Origin: Cyanophora paradoxa CCMP329
Taxonomy: Eukaryota > Plantae > Glaucophyta
Length of the DNA: 64,000 bases
NCBI GenBank assembly: GCA_004431415.1
Contig: QPMI01000416.1
Location: 248,001-312,000, forward strand
Direction of reading: 5' to 3'
Shown: positions 20,089 to 32,963 of the stretch, in pieces
Layout: the number at the start of each line of letters is the position of its first letter
Position numbering within the stretch: position 1 is the stretch's first letter
Made by a program: the position numbers and the translations under genes
Notes under the pieces: model-generated
Databases searched by the model: none
What the model was told of the DNA's origin: nothing
What the model saw: only the letters and a program-made list of their open reading frames with translations

Positions 20089-23000
20089 TCTTGTTTTCAT
20101 TGTGGGCGGGTATTTGGGATCTCTACTTCCAACTTCGTCGTCTGGAAGTCCTCAAGAGAACATCCTCGTCCTGGACACGGCCGCCATCGGTGTGCATAAA
20201 TCCCGCCCGCCGCTGAAAACGTACCGCCTTAATCCATCTTAAATTGAAATCCGGAGCCTGCAAGGGCTACTACTTTAGATCTGTCATGTTTCAATTGAAT
20301 ACGCGCTGATGCATGGCGCAACATCAGACAAGACTGTCTTCTTCCAGATTCCAGCAGGGGCTGCTTTGATCGGATATCATAATCAAGTGGCGCCGCTGCC
20401 AGGCGATGTGTGTGCGGTTTACAGACCTCCAGGAGTAACGCGCGAGCAACCTAATGACCGGAGCTGGGTCAATGCGATTCAAAAAATAGGTATGGGGAAC
20501 TGTTCGATGGCCAGTCTTAAGATTGCAATATTTACGATGAATCAGAAATCCGATATCTGCATCCCTGCACCGCGGAGACGCCAAGCCCGAGCCCGTCGCC
20601 CAGCCCGTTGCCGACTGCGAGCTCGAGCCCGAGCCCGTCGCCCAGCCCGTCGACGACTGCAAGCCCGAGCCCGAGCCCGTCGCCCAGCCCGTCGCCGACT
20701 GCGAGCCCGAGCCCGAGCCCGTCGCCCAGCCCGTCGCCGACTGCAAGCCCGAGCCCGAGCCCGTCGCCCACCTGCAGCCCGTCGCCAACTGCAAGCCCGA
20801 GCCCGAGCCCGTCGCCGAGCCCGTCGCCGACTGCGAGCTCGAGCCCGAGCCCGTCGCCCAGCCTGTCGCCGACTGCAAGCCCGAGCCCGAGCCCGTCGCC
20901 CAGCCCGTCGCCGACTGCGAGCCCGAGCCCGAGCCCGTCGCCCAGCCCGTCGCCGACTGCAAGCCCGAGTCCGAGCCCGTCGCCCAGCCCGTCGCCGACT
21001 GCGAGCTCGAGCCCGAGCCCGTCGCCCAGCCTGTCGCCGACTGCAAGCCCGAGCCCGAGCCCGTCGCCCAGCCCGTCGCCGACTGCGAGCCCGAGCCCGA
21101 GCCCGTCGCCCAGCCCGTCGCCGACTGCAAGCCCGAGTCCGAGCCCGTCGCCCAGCCCGTCGCCGACTGCGAGCCCGAGCCCGAGCCCGTCGCCCAGCCC
21201 GTTGCCGACTTCGACGCCGAGCCCGAGCCCGTCGCCCAGCCCGTCGCCGACTGCAAGCCCGAGCCCGAGCCCGTCGCCCAGCCCGTCGCCGACTGCGAGC
21301 CCGAGCCCGAGCCCTTCGCCCAGCCCGTCGCCGACTGCGAGCCCGAGCCCGAGCCCGTCGCCCAGCCCGTCGCCAACTGCGAGCCCGAGCCCGAGCCCGT
21401 CGCCCAGCCCGTCGCCGACTGCAAGCCCGAGCCCGAGCCCGTCGCCCAGCCCGTCGCCGACTGCGAGCTCGAGCCCGAGCCCGTCGCCCAGCCCGTCGCC
21501 GACTGCGAGCCCGAGCCCGAGCCCGTCGCCCAGCCCGTCGCCGACTGCGAGCCCGAGCCCGAGCCCGTCGCCCAGCCCGTCGCCGACTGCGAGCCCGAGC
21601 CCGAGCCCGTCGCCCAGCCCGTCGCCGACTGCGAGCCCGAGCCCGAGCCCGTCGCCCAGCCCGTCGCCGACTGCGAGCCCGAGCCCGAGCCCGTCGCCCA
21701 GCCCGTCGCCGACTGCGAGCCCGAGCCCGAGCCCGTCGCCCAGCCCGTCGCCGACTGCAAGCCCGAGCCCGAGCCCGTCGCCCAGCCCGTCGCCGACTGC
21801 GAGCCCGAGCCCGAGCCCGTCGCCCAGCCCGTCGCCGACTGCGAGCCCGAGCCCGAGCCTGTCGGCCATCATTTCGCCGCCAGTAGTTTCGGCATCTGAT
21901 CGTGCGTGTATCTGTCGCAAGTGGTTCCATTCCACAGGTCCGCTTATGCACAGATGCAGACAAGCAGCAGGAGTGCGCGCTGCAAAAATTGGAGACCCGC
22001 TTAATTGGTGTCAACCGCGTGTCCGTTTCATGGAACGCAAGCGGAAATTGCGCAGAATACGCCATTGGGGTCTTTGAGTACAATGCCTCTGCTGTTATGC
22101 AGCTTCCGGCGACATCTGCGAAATGGCTGTCGACAGTCCTTGCAAAAGATGCGGGCGGGTTCGTATTGCGAGCTCAAGATCAGCGTTTGCAATACGGAAT
22201 GGTGTATCTGCTTCGGGCAGTGCTCCATGGGGAGCTTGAGGCCAAGTTGTCGAACTCTTTTCAAACCCGACAGCAACTGCCCCCAGTCTCCACTATCTGC
22301 CAATTTCCTCGTGAGCACACTTGCTGCGGTTGTTTGTTCGCTGGATTACACTGCGTGAATTCGAGTCCGCTTACAATATTTGCAATTGATGCGTATATTT
22401 CGTAGAAGTGTCGCGGGATGGTTCGAACATGCTCTACACTGTGACTGTTACGCAGAAGGGCTCATCGTGGGTCCTTCTATCTTGGGGTAAGCTGGTTCAT
22501 ACGCGAAAAAATGAGACTGAACTCTGGATCTAACGTTGGCCCCGCAGAAAGCTTCGAATTTGCAGAGGCAGCTTTCAGTGCTAGAACTGGGCCATTGGAG
22601 CAGGCCTTGGTGTATCAGTCTGGTTGGGCAGCTCCCAACTTCACTGTAATGCTCACGGGCCGGGATGGAAAACGCTTCGAGTGGACCGATATCTTTTCCG
22701 CATACTGGAACGCGACGGGTCTCCCGACGGGCACGGACTTCGGTGTGAGCGTGCAGCAGGGATGGGTGGGTATGCTCGAATCATTCCCGCTGGATCGCGC
22801 ATTCGTGCGGACACTTTCTGGTACGTATACTTACATTTGCAATTGTAGATCAAGCCATGTGTCGGAATATCAGTATATTCTTGACGGCTGTTGCAGATGC
22901 GGACGCTTCACCCGCTGTCAATATTAATGACACGACGTCAACCGGGGCCGCTTTCGAGATCCCGCTGTCATTCTTTTTCTCGGACGCGGAGAAAGCAGAG

Positions 23001-23417
23001 CTGACGATCGCGGTGCCTGGCTCCTCGGCTACGAATCCGAATGGGGAATCTGCTACTAGTACTGGAACGGCCGCGGGTCAGGCTCCAGCGCCAGCGTTGA
23101 CTCTGACGTTCACGTTTGCGTTCGACCTGCCGTGCACAATGCTGACAGGTAACCTTGCAAAATCCATCATTGCGGGACTTGTCAAGGTGAATCAAATGAA
23201 AAGCCCGCCCTTATTTTATTGCCTCCGTTTACATTCGTTGGCAGGCGCTCACCAAGGAGAAGTCAGCGGTGAAGATAGCTGCTGTCCGCTGTGTGCGAAG
23301 AACGTTCGCGCTTAAGCCTGCCACATCTTCCTCGAAGAGGACTGTATTGCAAGAAACAGACGCCGACGAGGTCATCGTCGCAGACTTTGCGGCCGTTGTC
23401 AATGCTAGCGACAGCGT
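20089..23417 (+). CDS. Host surface-protein gene, middle exons (Ser/Pro stalk and beta-rich, possibly FN3-like domains)
   Basis: Continues the sequence interrupted at 8612; (SP)n-TA repeat exon; exon-like pieces with VSVSWN and [16 protein letters not shown]; short introns. Confidence 0.6.
20581..21860 (+). repeat. 36-bp coding tandem repeat ([12 protein letters not shown]), about 35 copies
   Basis: Unit GAGCCCGAGCCCGTCGCCCAGCCCGTCGCCGACTGC with minor variants. Confidence 0.95.
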
Positions 23418-26400
23418 CAGTGGTCTCTTGCATTAGCACACAACACAACTACAATGAGTTTCACATCGCCCAATAAATCTCTCCGACTAGATACTATCGA
23501 GGACCGTCGTATGCTGTGCTTTAGAAAGTACAAAATGAACGAAAGGTTTGAAGGTTTCGTGTCTAGATATCTAGCTAAGGAGGTTTCTACCTAATACTAA
23601 TGATGTGGAAGCTAGCTGTATCGATTTCTAAACTAACCTAAACTCCCGGCTACGAGGTCCTATCTCTACAAAAGACTCCCAATCATGGTACGTCCGCCGC
23701 CAGCGCTGCCCAAGGGCCTCGCCGCGCCGTGTGCCAGGCTCCTCGCCAGCCCCAGTAGATTGGGCTACTGGCCGCCTCCTGCCGTCGCCTCCGCCGCCTC
23801 CAGTTGTTGGTGTTGCGTCCTCCGGCCCCGCCCCCAGACCGCAATCCCCCCGTGTCTCCCTCTAGCGCGGGCGCGCCCTTTTTGTGCCCACGCCCCAAGC
23901 ATACCTGTTCGTATGGTCGTACACTTGCATGGCCGCCGAAGCCCGGACCCAGCCGTAGTCGTCTGGCGGGCAGCTCAGGTGTGAGAGGGCTAGGGTTTCC
24001 CCGCCCTGGTGGCGGGACTCGAGGGCACCGCACTCCCTGCAGCGTTCCCGCTGCCGGGGCTCCGGATCCGCGCGCTTCCTGCGAGCGTTGCCAGCCGTAT
24101 CGTCAGGCGGCGCGTCGGCCTCGCGGTCGCGCGCCCCAGTGCGCTTCGCCTTGGCGCGACGTTCTTTCATGACCTTCGTGATCCGCACGCCTTCTCCCAC
24201 TCCGCGTACGCCTGGCATCTGGCGGCCCACGTTTTATGGGCCTGCTCGCCTATGGCCGTCGCCAGCTTGCGCACGACCTGGGCAGCTTTCTTGGCGTCCG
24301 GGACGGTCTCGCGGACCATGTCGGTGAGGCCCGCCGGGGCAGCCCCCGTAGCACGCACATCTGCGCCTGCCGTTCAGCCGCCGTGAGCGTCGGGTCGTTG
24401 ACTCTCGTGACCTTCAGGGATCTGGAGAGCGCGTGTGGCACTGATCGCTTCTGCGCGCCTTCGAGGGCCTCGCTGACCGTCGCTGCGATGCGTGCTTCCG
24501 CAGCGGTGCGCGCCTCCGTCGCCACCGCGCTGGGGCAGGTGAGGACGTGCTCCAGCGTCTCCTCGGGCCCAATCACAAGCCGGGGCCGGCCTTCGCCATC
24601 GATTTCCCGCGTGCTGCAGAGCGCACAGAGTCCTGCCGGGTTCACTTCGCTGTAGAGCTCGGGCGCGTCTCGCTTGCGGACGAGGGCCGTCGCCACCGTA
24701 CCCATCACGAGTTTCATGTGCGTACCCGGAAGCAGTTGCTCTCCCGGCTCACCCCGACTCGGCGGGCCCCATAGCCATCTGATCGTACACGGCCCCATGG
24801 TCCACTGGCAGCCGTAGCCACTCCCCGGCCTTGAGCTGGTTCGTCCACGCGAAGTGCGTGTGGTGCGCGTGAAGCACAGCGGCGTGCCGCCGGGGGTCGC
24901 CTTCGACTCGCCTGACTATCCCGGTCGGTCCTCGATCGTCAGCACTGCCGGCATGCTGAACTCGGGCGGCAGGAAGATGTTCTCGTCCAGTTCCTCCTGT
25001 TCCAGGTGCGCGCCTTGATCGGCCGCTCTGTCGGCGGCGTCGTTTAGCTCGTGCATATCCTCGTCGCTGTGCGCCTTGACCTTGATAACCGCAGCCGGCC
25101 GCTGCCGATCCCGTCCCATCACCAGGGCACGGAACTTGGACCACGCGTACAGCTCAGCGCTGCACGTGTTCCGGATGTAGTCTCGCATGTGCATATCGTG
25201 CGCATTCAGCACGAACTTATCGAACCACGTGCAGACGTTCTGACTGTCCGTGTGCAGGCGCACCCCCTGCGCCGCGAGCACGTCGGCGACGATCGCAGCC
25301 TGGAGCTCAGCCTTGTTGTTCTCTTGAAGCCCGCGCAGCCTGCCAACGTACGTGCCTGCCCATTCCGGGTGGTTCGCCACGGTCCCGTCCGGGAACTCAG
25401 CCGGGCTCACGACGCCGAGGCCCGCGTGCGCCCCTTCCGTTTGACCCTTCTTCAGGCTCCCGTCCGTCCATATCCACTGCTCGAGTTTCCCGGGCGACGG
25501 CCGAGCTTCGCGAGTTCCGCCTCTTCGATCTGCTCCCAATTTGCCAGCATGTGCTGCCAGTAAACGGTGAGGGTGACCCCTTCCTGCGCCGCCCGGAGTC
25601 CCAGTGGCGCGGCGCTCCGCCCGCGTAGTAGAGTTCGCTCTGCTCTGCTGAATCTGACACAGGTTGTGCCTCGTCCCGCGGCTCGGCGCCCGGCGTCGCC
25701 GCCGCAGCCACTTCCAGCGCGGCCTGCAGCTCAGCCTCGGCCTCCGGGCTCAGCTGTTCGCGGAGGAAGCGCTCGTCACCATCCTGTACGGCTTTCACGC
25801 GGGCCTGGAGAAGCAGCGCCCTGCGTTTCTCGTCGTCTTGCGTGCGCAGGCCCGGGTCGTAGTACTCCAAGGTCGGTCGCAGGGCGACCTGCTTGCGCCC
25901 GCGCTTCGACTTCGTCTCCTGACCCGCCGCTACCGCCGGCGTCTCCTCCGTCGGTTCGCCTTCCAAGGCGAGGAGGGTATCCTCCTCCTCCCACCAGCCC
26001 TTCCGTGCGTCCACGAGCCGTCGCACTGACTCATTTCGGGGCAGCGCGATGGAGCATTGCGCGTGCACCGGTCGTCATGGTGCCAGTACTGCTTCCCTGT
26101 CCCCTGCACCGCCGTGTACGTGCTCGTCCGCCCCTCTATTTCGGGGTGCCGGCAGTGACCGTCGCACCGGCAGTAGAGTCCCTCTTTCTCCGCGTCGGGG
26201 TCCGCGCCCTTCGGCACCGGCACCCAGTGCTCCAGCAGGTACTCCGACGCTAATATGCTGCCCGTCTCGGATTTGAACGTAACGACTCGCCCCACGTGGG
26301 CTCGGCAGATTCATCGTGCAGTTGCTCCGCCTCAAATACGGCTACGAACGCGTCCTTTGCCACTTCACCTTCCGGGCCCGCCAGGGAGCGAGGCCATGGC

Positions 26401-29400
26401 TGACGCGCGCTCTCCTGCCCGCCGCATCGGGTGCCGCAGCTGCTTCCCATCAACGCGAGCGCGTTCGCTACCTCACGCCACCACGCAGGTTCGCTCTTCT
26501 GCAGCGTCCCCTTGGGCGCGCCCATGTACAGGTCCTGCCAGGTTCGCAGGGTCTCGCCGTCCGCTGCCGTCACCGCGTCCATGGTCGTCACGCCCGCCCG
26601 TACAGGGCAGGGCCGCGACGCTGAAGACGGATCTTGGGATGTGCATTGCCACGACGTAGCGCCGGTCGAGGCGCTCCGGGTCAGGCCAAGGCTCCGCCCC
26701 GGGCAAGGTGCGGAACGCCGCATAGCGCGCGTGATTCGACATCAGCCGGTACTTACGGCGCTGCATTTGCGGCATGATCGCCGCCAGGGAGTTCCCGCGG
26801 GCGAGTTCGCTGGAGATGGGCGCGTTTAGGAACTCGGTCGGGAGCAGAGGCACCCCAAGCTTCTCCTGCAGTGCGCGCACCCGGTGCCGTACCCCCGAGC
26901 CAGCAGCGAGCCCTCGGGCGCGCAGAGCCGGATCTGAGCCTCTGTGATTTGCGCCTCCGCTTGCAGGTGGCTGTTCGTTTGAGGCTGTACCCCCGTGGCT
27001 CCAGATTGCGTAATTCGTCGTCGAGGCGGCGAGGTTCCCGTGGTGCTTGACGACCCTCATCCAAATACGATCGAGTTCCTGGCACTGACTCTCGCTCAGG
27101 GTCATGAGCTTCAGGCCGTACGAGATGCGGGCCTGCACTACGGCCTCGACAAGGTAGCAGGCCTCGTTCGCGGTGAGCTTCTTGCGTTCTATCAGCGCGA
27201 CTGCGCCCCGCGCCTGATCGCAGATGTACTGCCACTGACGATCCCAGTTCAGGTTTGCGCTCATGTATACCCCGAGGAGCTTGAAGTGCTCTTGGGGCTG
27301 GCGGACAAGTCCGACGGGGTACCGTTGATCTTCGGCGGGGAGGGCTGCTTCTCCTTCTTCTTCGCGGCGGGGTGGGCCCCAGGTTTGCTCTCAACTTCGC
27401 GACGTGCGTTGTTCCACGTGAAGATCGTCTTCTTCGCGTTGACCTCGATATCGTGCAGGCGGAAGAACTCGCCGGCCACGTCGGCCTGGGCCTGTAGCCC
27501 CCGCATGCTTCCGCTCATCCACTTCGTGTCATCGGCGTACGCCACGCCGCTGACGCGGGCCCGGCCCTCGCGTTCCGCAGCATCGGTCTCCCTCGGGTTC
27601 CCCATCACGTACGCCGTGCCCGGCTCCTCCCAGCTCTCGGGTGGGCATAGTGCTCTATCGTCTTTGCCGTCTTCTTTCCGTGCTGGCGCTCGTGCTGATC
27701 CAGGCGCTCTTGCGCGCAGAGGAGGGCATCGTAGAAGATCAGCCAGTGCAGCGGCGACTCGACACCGCCCTGCGGCAGCCCGCACTCGAGCTCGAACTCG
27801 TCGGAGAGGCCGTGACCGGAGATTGCCCGCGCCCTGCGGCGCCGGAATATGTTCCTGTGGAGCTCGATGTACCCCTCGGGTACGTTCAGCCTCCGCATCG
27901 AGAGCTCCATGCTCTCCCACGAGACGGAGTCGTACGCTCGCCTGATATCCTGCAGCAGGATGTACAGGGGCTTCTTGAACTCCTTCGCGTCCTCGAGGAC
28001 TGCGTTAAAGACGTGGAGGGCGTCGTCCGTCGAGCAACCAGGTCTGAAGCCGTAGTTGGCCCCTTTCAGGAGCCCGTTCTGATGGATTGTCCGGGACAGG
28101 CGCGCGTTCAGGAGGCCAGTGGTCAGCTTCAAGGCCACCTCCTGCAGGGTGATCGGTCGCAGGTTATTTTCGATATCCCCGTCCCACTCCCGGCTCTTAG
28201 TAATGCCGAGAATGTTGCCCTGACACACGGCATCCGGCAGGTCCCGGAGGCGGATCGCTTCAGCCACCAGCGAGAGCAGCAGCTTCCGGCCCAGTGTACG
28301 GGCTCCTCTTCCGTGGCCTCCTCGGCGCTCTCGTTGGCTGGGCTCGGGCCCTCCGGCGCTGGGCCACCGGCCTCGTCGCCCTTACCGTCTTTGGGCTTCG
28401 GCTTGGGCACCGGCGCCCATAGGAACTTTACCATAGCATACGAGAAGTTCGACGGCCCGGCTGCCGTGTTTCTTAGCGTTTTAATGTAGTCGCCGAGCTC
28501 GCCTTCGCTCGGCACCGACATGTCGTTTCGGAATAGTTCAGGATCCGCGTATGCTTTTGGCTCGTATTCCAACCTCCAGAAGTCGAGCAGTTCTTTCCCC
28601 ATGCTATCCTTCAGCGTGCTTTCCGGTATTGTCTCTGGGTGCAGCCCACGCGTGGGCGTCGGCGCCGGCACCATTTCCGCCAGTGCTCTTTTAGGAGTCG
28701 TTTCACTTCCTCAGGCTCCGTGTAGATTTCATACGTTTTTCCGTCCTTGGACACACGCGTGATGTGCATGATCGGGCGGTTTCGCGGCTTTTCTAGCACC
28801 GCGGCTATATAGGATCCGAGCTGGCGGCCGTCCATGAACTTGTCTAGCCTCTCTTTTAATGCCCTCTCGACGTCCTCCGCCTGGAGCGCCCGGCGGATTT
28901 TCTGCAGGTCGTGCCGCGTCCGGTTTCGCCATACTTTCAGCTCCCGGAAGAAGGTCGCCCAGTCTTCTTTGAGCTGCCGCCGGTGCACCTCGGCCCAGTC
29001 CTCTTCCTGATCAGCCGGGGGGGTACCTGGGGACCGGGGTACGGCTGGGACCGGCGCGGGGCTACCGCTGCGCGAGCCTTGTGAGCTGTGCGAGCTCGAG
29101 TGCGCATGTGGGGATCCGGGCGGCGGTGAGCCTTGCTCAGCCCTTGCTTGGCGCCGTTCAGCCGGATGGAGCGGGAAGGGTCGGAGGCCTTCCCTGGCGG
29201 TCACGTAGTGCAGCAGCTTCTCGATCGCCTGGACCGTCAGCTCCGACGGGATCCCGCCTGGTTCCTTCCTCCAAGCAGCGAGAATGCGGGCGACTCTGGC
29301 GTCGGCCTTCGCCTGCCACGGCAGGTTGCGCGGCTTGGTCGGCTTCCCCCTCGGCCCCTCATGCATAGATGTTCCTTTGCCACCTCCTGAACAAGGCTCG

Positions 29401-31903
29401 CGCACGCAGCGTGGATGCGGCTCAGTCGTTCGAGACGCTCTTCCGGCGTGCCCTCGCCGACGGCGTCAAGGTCCGCCCCGACAGCTTCGCCGAGCTGCCT
29501 GTTTAGCTCTCTTTTCAGCTCATCTTTCTCGTTTTGTGTGCGCTTCAGGCCGTCCGGGTCAAATACTGGTGGCCCGGGTTTCGGTTCTGGCTTCGGTCCC
29601 ACCGGCGCTGTCATGCCCGCCTCCTTCAGGTCGAAGTCCGCGAACGCTGGATAGTGGTCCGAGTCGTGCGGCGCATCGACCCACGCGGGGCACGTGTGCG
29701 CGCTGAGGAGCACGTGATCCAGTGATTCCGAGACCAGCACTGCATCGATGCGCGCCGCGTGCCAGAGCGCATCTTTTGGTAGGTCAGCCGGCGTTTCCTC
29801 CTCTGCTTCGCGTTCCGCGTCCTCTGACTCGTCTACGCCGTCTGACGGCACAGGTGCCGCCGCCGCCCGACCGACGCCCCTTGGCCCTTGCTTCCGTGCG
29901 GGGTGCGGTGCGTGATCTCGCGTGCTCCGCAGAGAGTTCCGTCATCATGTTTCGCCGCGTGGACATCCCGGCGTCGCGCAGGTCCCACGAGTCGATCATC
30001 GTGTGCCACCACTTCCGTTCGGCTTTGTGGCTCTGGGCCAGGGCGCCGTTTCGGATGCGCGAGCTCGACGGGACCGGGACCGAGTTCCAGTCTCCCAGGA
30101 GCAGCAGGTGCGCGTTTTCACGCTCGTAGAAGTCGTCGTACATCTTCGTCAGTTCTTCGACGACCTTCTCCTGATCCTGGCGATGCGCAGCTTTGCTCTC
30201 GGACGCGGGCATGTACACGCTCGCCACGAAGAGCTGGAGGTTCCCTTTGAAGCGGAGCTCGAATCCGATCAGCCGGCCCTGGACCTCGTACTTCGTCGTG
30301 AGGTGCTTGACCCATTGCGGCGCGACCCAGAGAGCGGCGCCGCTCCCTCGCGTTCCGTCTCCTGATTTTAGCGTGTACAGGAGCTTTCCGTGCGTTATCG
30401 CGCCTTCCGGCTGGAGCGGGTCCTCCCCTCTCGACCTCAGGGCGGCGGCCATCTGGGCCTTGTCATCGACAGCTCCTGCACGCCCGCTACATCGACGTCC
30501 CAGCGGCAGCAGAATTCTTCTAGCTGCTGCAGCTTGTAGGCGCTGGACCCTCTCGTGTTGAAGGTCATGGTCCTCAGCACCCCGTCCGGTTTCTGCTTCC
30601 TGATAGCCGGCTCGTCCCCTATGAAGTCGCCACCTTCGGGAACAGTCTGGGGGGAAAGACATTCTCCAGACGGAGCGTCGCAGCCGCCGCGGGTCCCGCG
30701 CCCCGGCCTTCTTGTTCAGCTGCAGCTTGGTTGCATTTTGTTTCTTTTGGCCCGTCGGCTTGCTGCCGGACGCCTTTGTAGGTGGGGCTGCTTTTGCCGC
30801 GGCGGGGGCCGCGGCCGCAGATTTAGTTTTCTTTTTCATTTAGTAACATTAGATGCGTGGACTTTTTGCATCCCAGTGCCCCCGCGGATGTGCACGGGAA
30901 AGCTATGACCTGCGGGGCAGATACCGGTGGTGCAGTTGACAAGGCCTGAGCGGGGAGGTTACAGGCAAGCTTAAGCCTGCTAGAAGTGAAGGGATTCTCA
31001 TTGTCAGAGCACAGAGCACAGAGGGAGCACAAAGGGCGGTGGCTAGCGATGCTCATGATCAAATCTAGACGCCGGCTAGCGCTGCGGCAACGGCCGCTTG
31101 CTGGGGGCACGCGCATATGCAGCCGGGCGGAGCGCGGGGCCAGCGACGAGGTCAAAAGGGCTTCCTCGGACAAGTCTTCGACTTGCAGGTCGTACTGGCT
31201 ATGGTCTGATAGCGACGCATGCGCAGCTGGGCTGCTCTGCGCAACGAAGACGTGAACGTCAACGTGCAATCTCGAGGGCAGCAGGGATTCGTCGGCAGCA
31301 CTTCTTTCAGAGACGAAGGCGGCATCCGGGGCGCGGCGTGGTCGCCGGCAGGAACTGGCATGGATCGTTTGCACTGCGGGCACGACTGAGTCGCCGGAGC
31401 TTGACCCGGGGCCGGGAAAAGCTCGATCGGCGAAGAGACATTCCGAATCACGACTCGAAAGTCGGAGATCAAATTCCGTGGGCGCCCGGCGGGCCACCGA
31501 GCAACAAGCGAAATCCCGGCGGGCCGAACGGACGTACGCGGCGGCGGCGGGGATCTAAGTCTATGTTTTAGAGGGTCTGGGCATGTGCACGCCGCCGCGA
31601 GGGAGCTTGCGCAGGCAGCGGGGGCACGAGAACTATTCAAATTTCGGGAACATGGCGCGCGCCAGAGGGCTTCCCCTGACTGAGAACAACTTCTATTCCA
31701 TGGATTTGGTGGCGAAAGGTCCGATTTTAGAGCGAAACGCGAGAGGACGGCCGGCATACCTCCATCTCCGGAATTCCGTTGATGTCGATACCACCGGGCG
31801 CGCCAGGGGCTACCGAATGCTTCTACGCTAGCCGCTGGTCCCGCCGCGCTTTTGCACGAGCAGGAAAGACGTTTTCAGGAAGCCCCCTTTTTTTGGGGTA
31901 CAC
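23418..31903 (-). mobile_element. Non-LTR retrotransposon (LINE) with APE, RT and RNase H, ~8.5 kb
   Basis: Flanked by the direct repeat CAATGCTAGCGACAGCGT (23400-23417 and 31904-31921). Removing it restores the host frame ...[19 protein letters not shown].... Confidence 0.92.
24167..30839 (-). pseudogene. LINE polyprotein (APE-RT-RNase H-CCHC), broken by many frameshifts; 3' end approximate
   Basis: APE: TFNTRG, GVQE, SVYMP, LGDWN, RIDAVL, SDHYP. RT: RPITL, GFRPG, DIRRAYDSV, GLPQGGVESP, YADD. RNase H: WTDGS, NNKAELQA, TDSQ, KVKAH, NDAADRAA. Zn knuckle: CALC...ETLEHVLTCP. Confidence 0.9.
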
Positions 31904-32963
31904 CAATGCTAGCGACAGCGTGCAAGAGACGTCGACGGACCCGGCCGCTGCGCTGCAGCGCATCAAGGACGTAGTGCTGTCGGACGCCACCGCGCGCGAG
32001 ATCGACACAGCGACCGGCGGCGTGAAGATCCTTCGCGCGCAAGTCACTTCCGTTCTGCCTTCCACGACCACGCCGGTGCCAGTGGCGGGCGCGGAAGGCA
32101 CGGCTTCGGGATCAACCAGCACTGTCAATAACGGCCAAGGCGGAAGTACTAGTGGCGCTCCGTCCATAGGCGTGATTTCGGGCGTGGCAGCAGGCGCCGC
32201 AGTGGGCGTCGCAGCACTATTGGCAGCCCTGTACATTTACAACGTCAGGCGCCGCCGCCTGCAAGGAGGGCGTCTAGAGACACCCTCCGACGCAGGCAAA
32301 GCAGGCGCTATCGATTCGGACTCGCGATCGTTTGATGTCGACATCGGGCCCGACGTCCCCGCGGATGCATATGATCATCACCGAGCTAATCGCATGGGCG
32401 CGATCTCACAAGCTGGCGCAAATATCGTGACGGACCCGCTGGCCTCGGGTGGCCTTCTCTCCGACAATCCCGTTGCAGCTGCAGCCCAGAGGCCCGAGCT
32501 TCAGCTCGAGTTCCCAGCCGCTGGCGCTGTCGACCCCCAGCCGGACATCGACTCGTTCGATGTCGATATCGGGCCGAACGACCCCGCAGACGGGTCCACA
32601 TCAATGTCCAACGTCGCAAGAGCTACGCTTGGCCATCGTCGGGCTAATCGCATGGGCGCAACCTCACAGGCTAGCACGATCATCGTGACGGATCCGCTGG
32701 CCCCGGGTAGACTTCTCTCCGACAATCCCACCACGGCGCGCAGGCCCGATCTTCAACTCGAGTCCCCAGCCGCGAGAGGCGCAGGCGCTGGTGTCAACGA
32801 CGAAGTCCATGTGCAGGTTGTTAGAGGCGCGGCCCCGTCCCCAGTAGCAGCCACGGGAGCCATGCATTTGCAGCGCGCGCGGTCGGGTCAGAGCACCTCC
32901 AGATCGCCAGTGCCCAGATCGGAGCCTGTCCTGTTCAATGCCGCTGACAAATCCATTTCTTAG
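31904..32963 (+). CDS. Host surface-protein gene, final exon with single transmembrane helix and cytoplasmic tail
   Basis: IGVISGVAAGAAVGVAALLAALYIY followed by RRRR; tail has an internal duplication (SFDVDIGP...HRRANRMGA...IVTDPLA...LLSDNP). Confidence 0.75.

Noticed and set aside
20309-22083. Long Arg/Ala-, Gly/Leu- and Gly/Ser-rich ORFs in the other five frames
   Set aside because: Artefacts of a stop-free 36-bp repeat; only the Ser/Pro frame fits the surrounding surface-protein gene.
23683-31831. Numerous plus-strand and alternative-frame ORFs within the LINE
   Set aside because: Expected in very GC-rich DNA; conserved motifs occur only in the minus-strand polyprotein.
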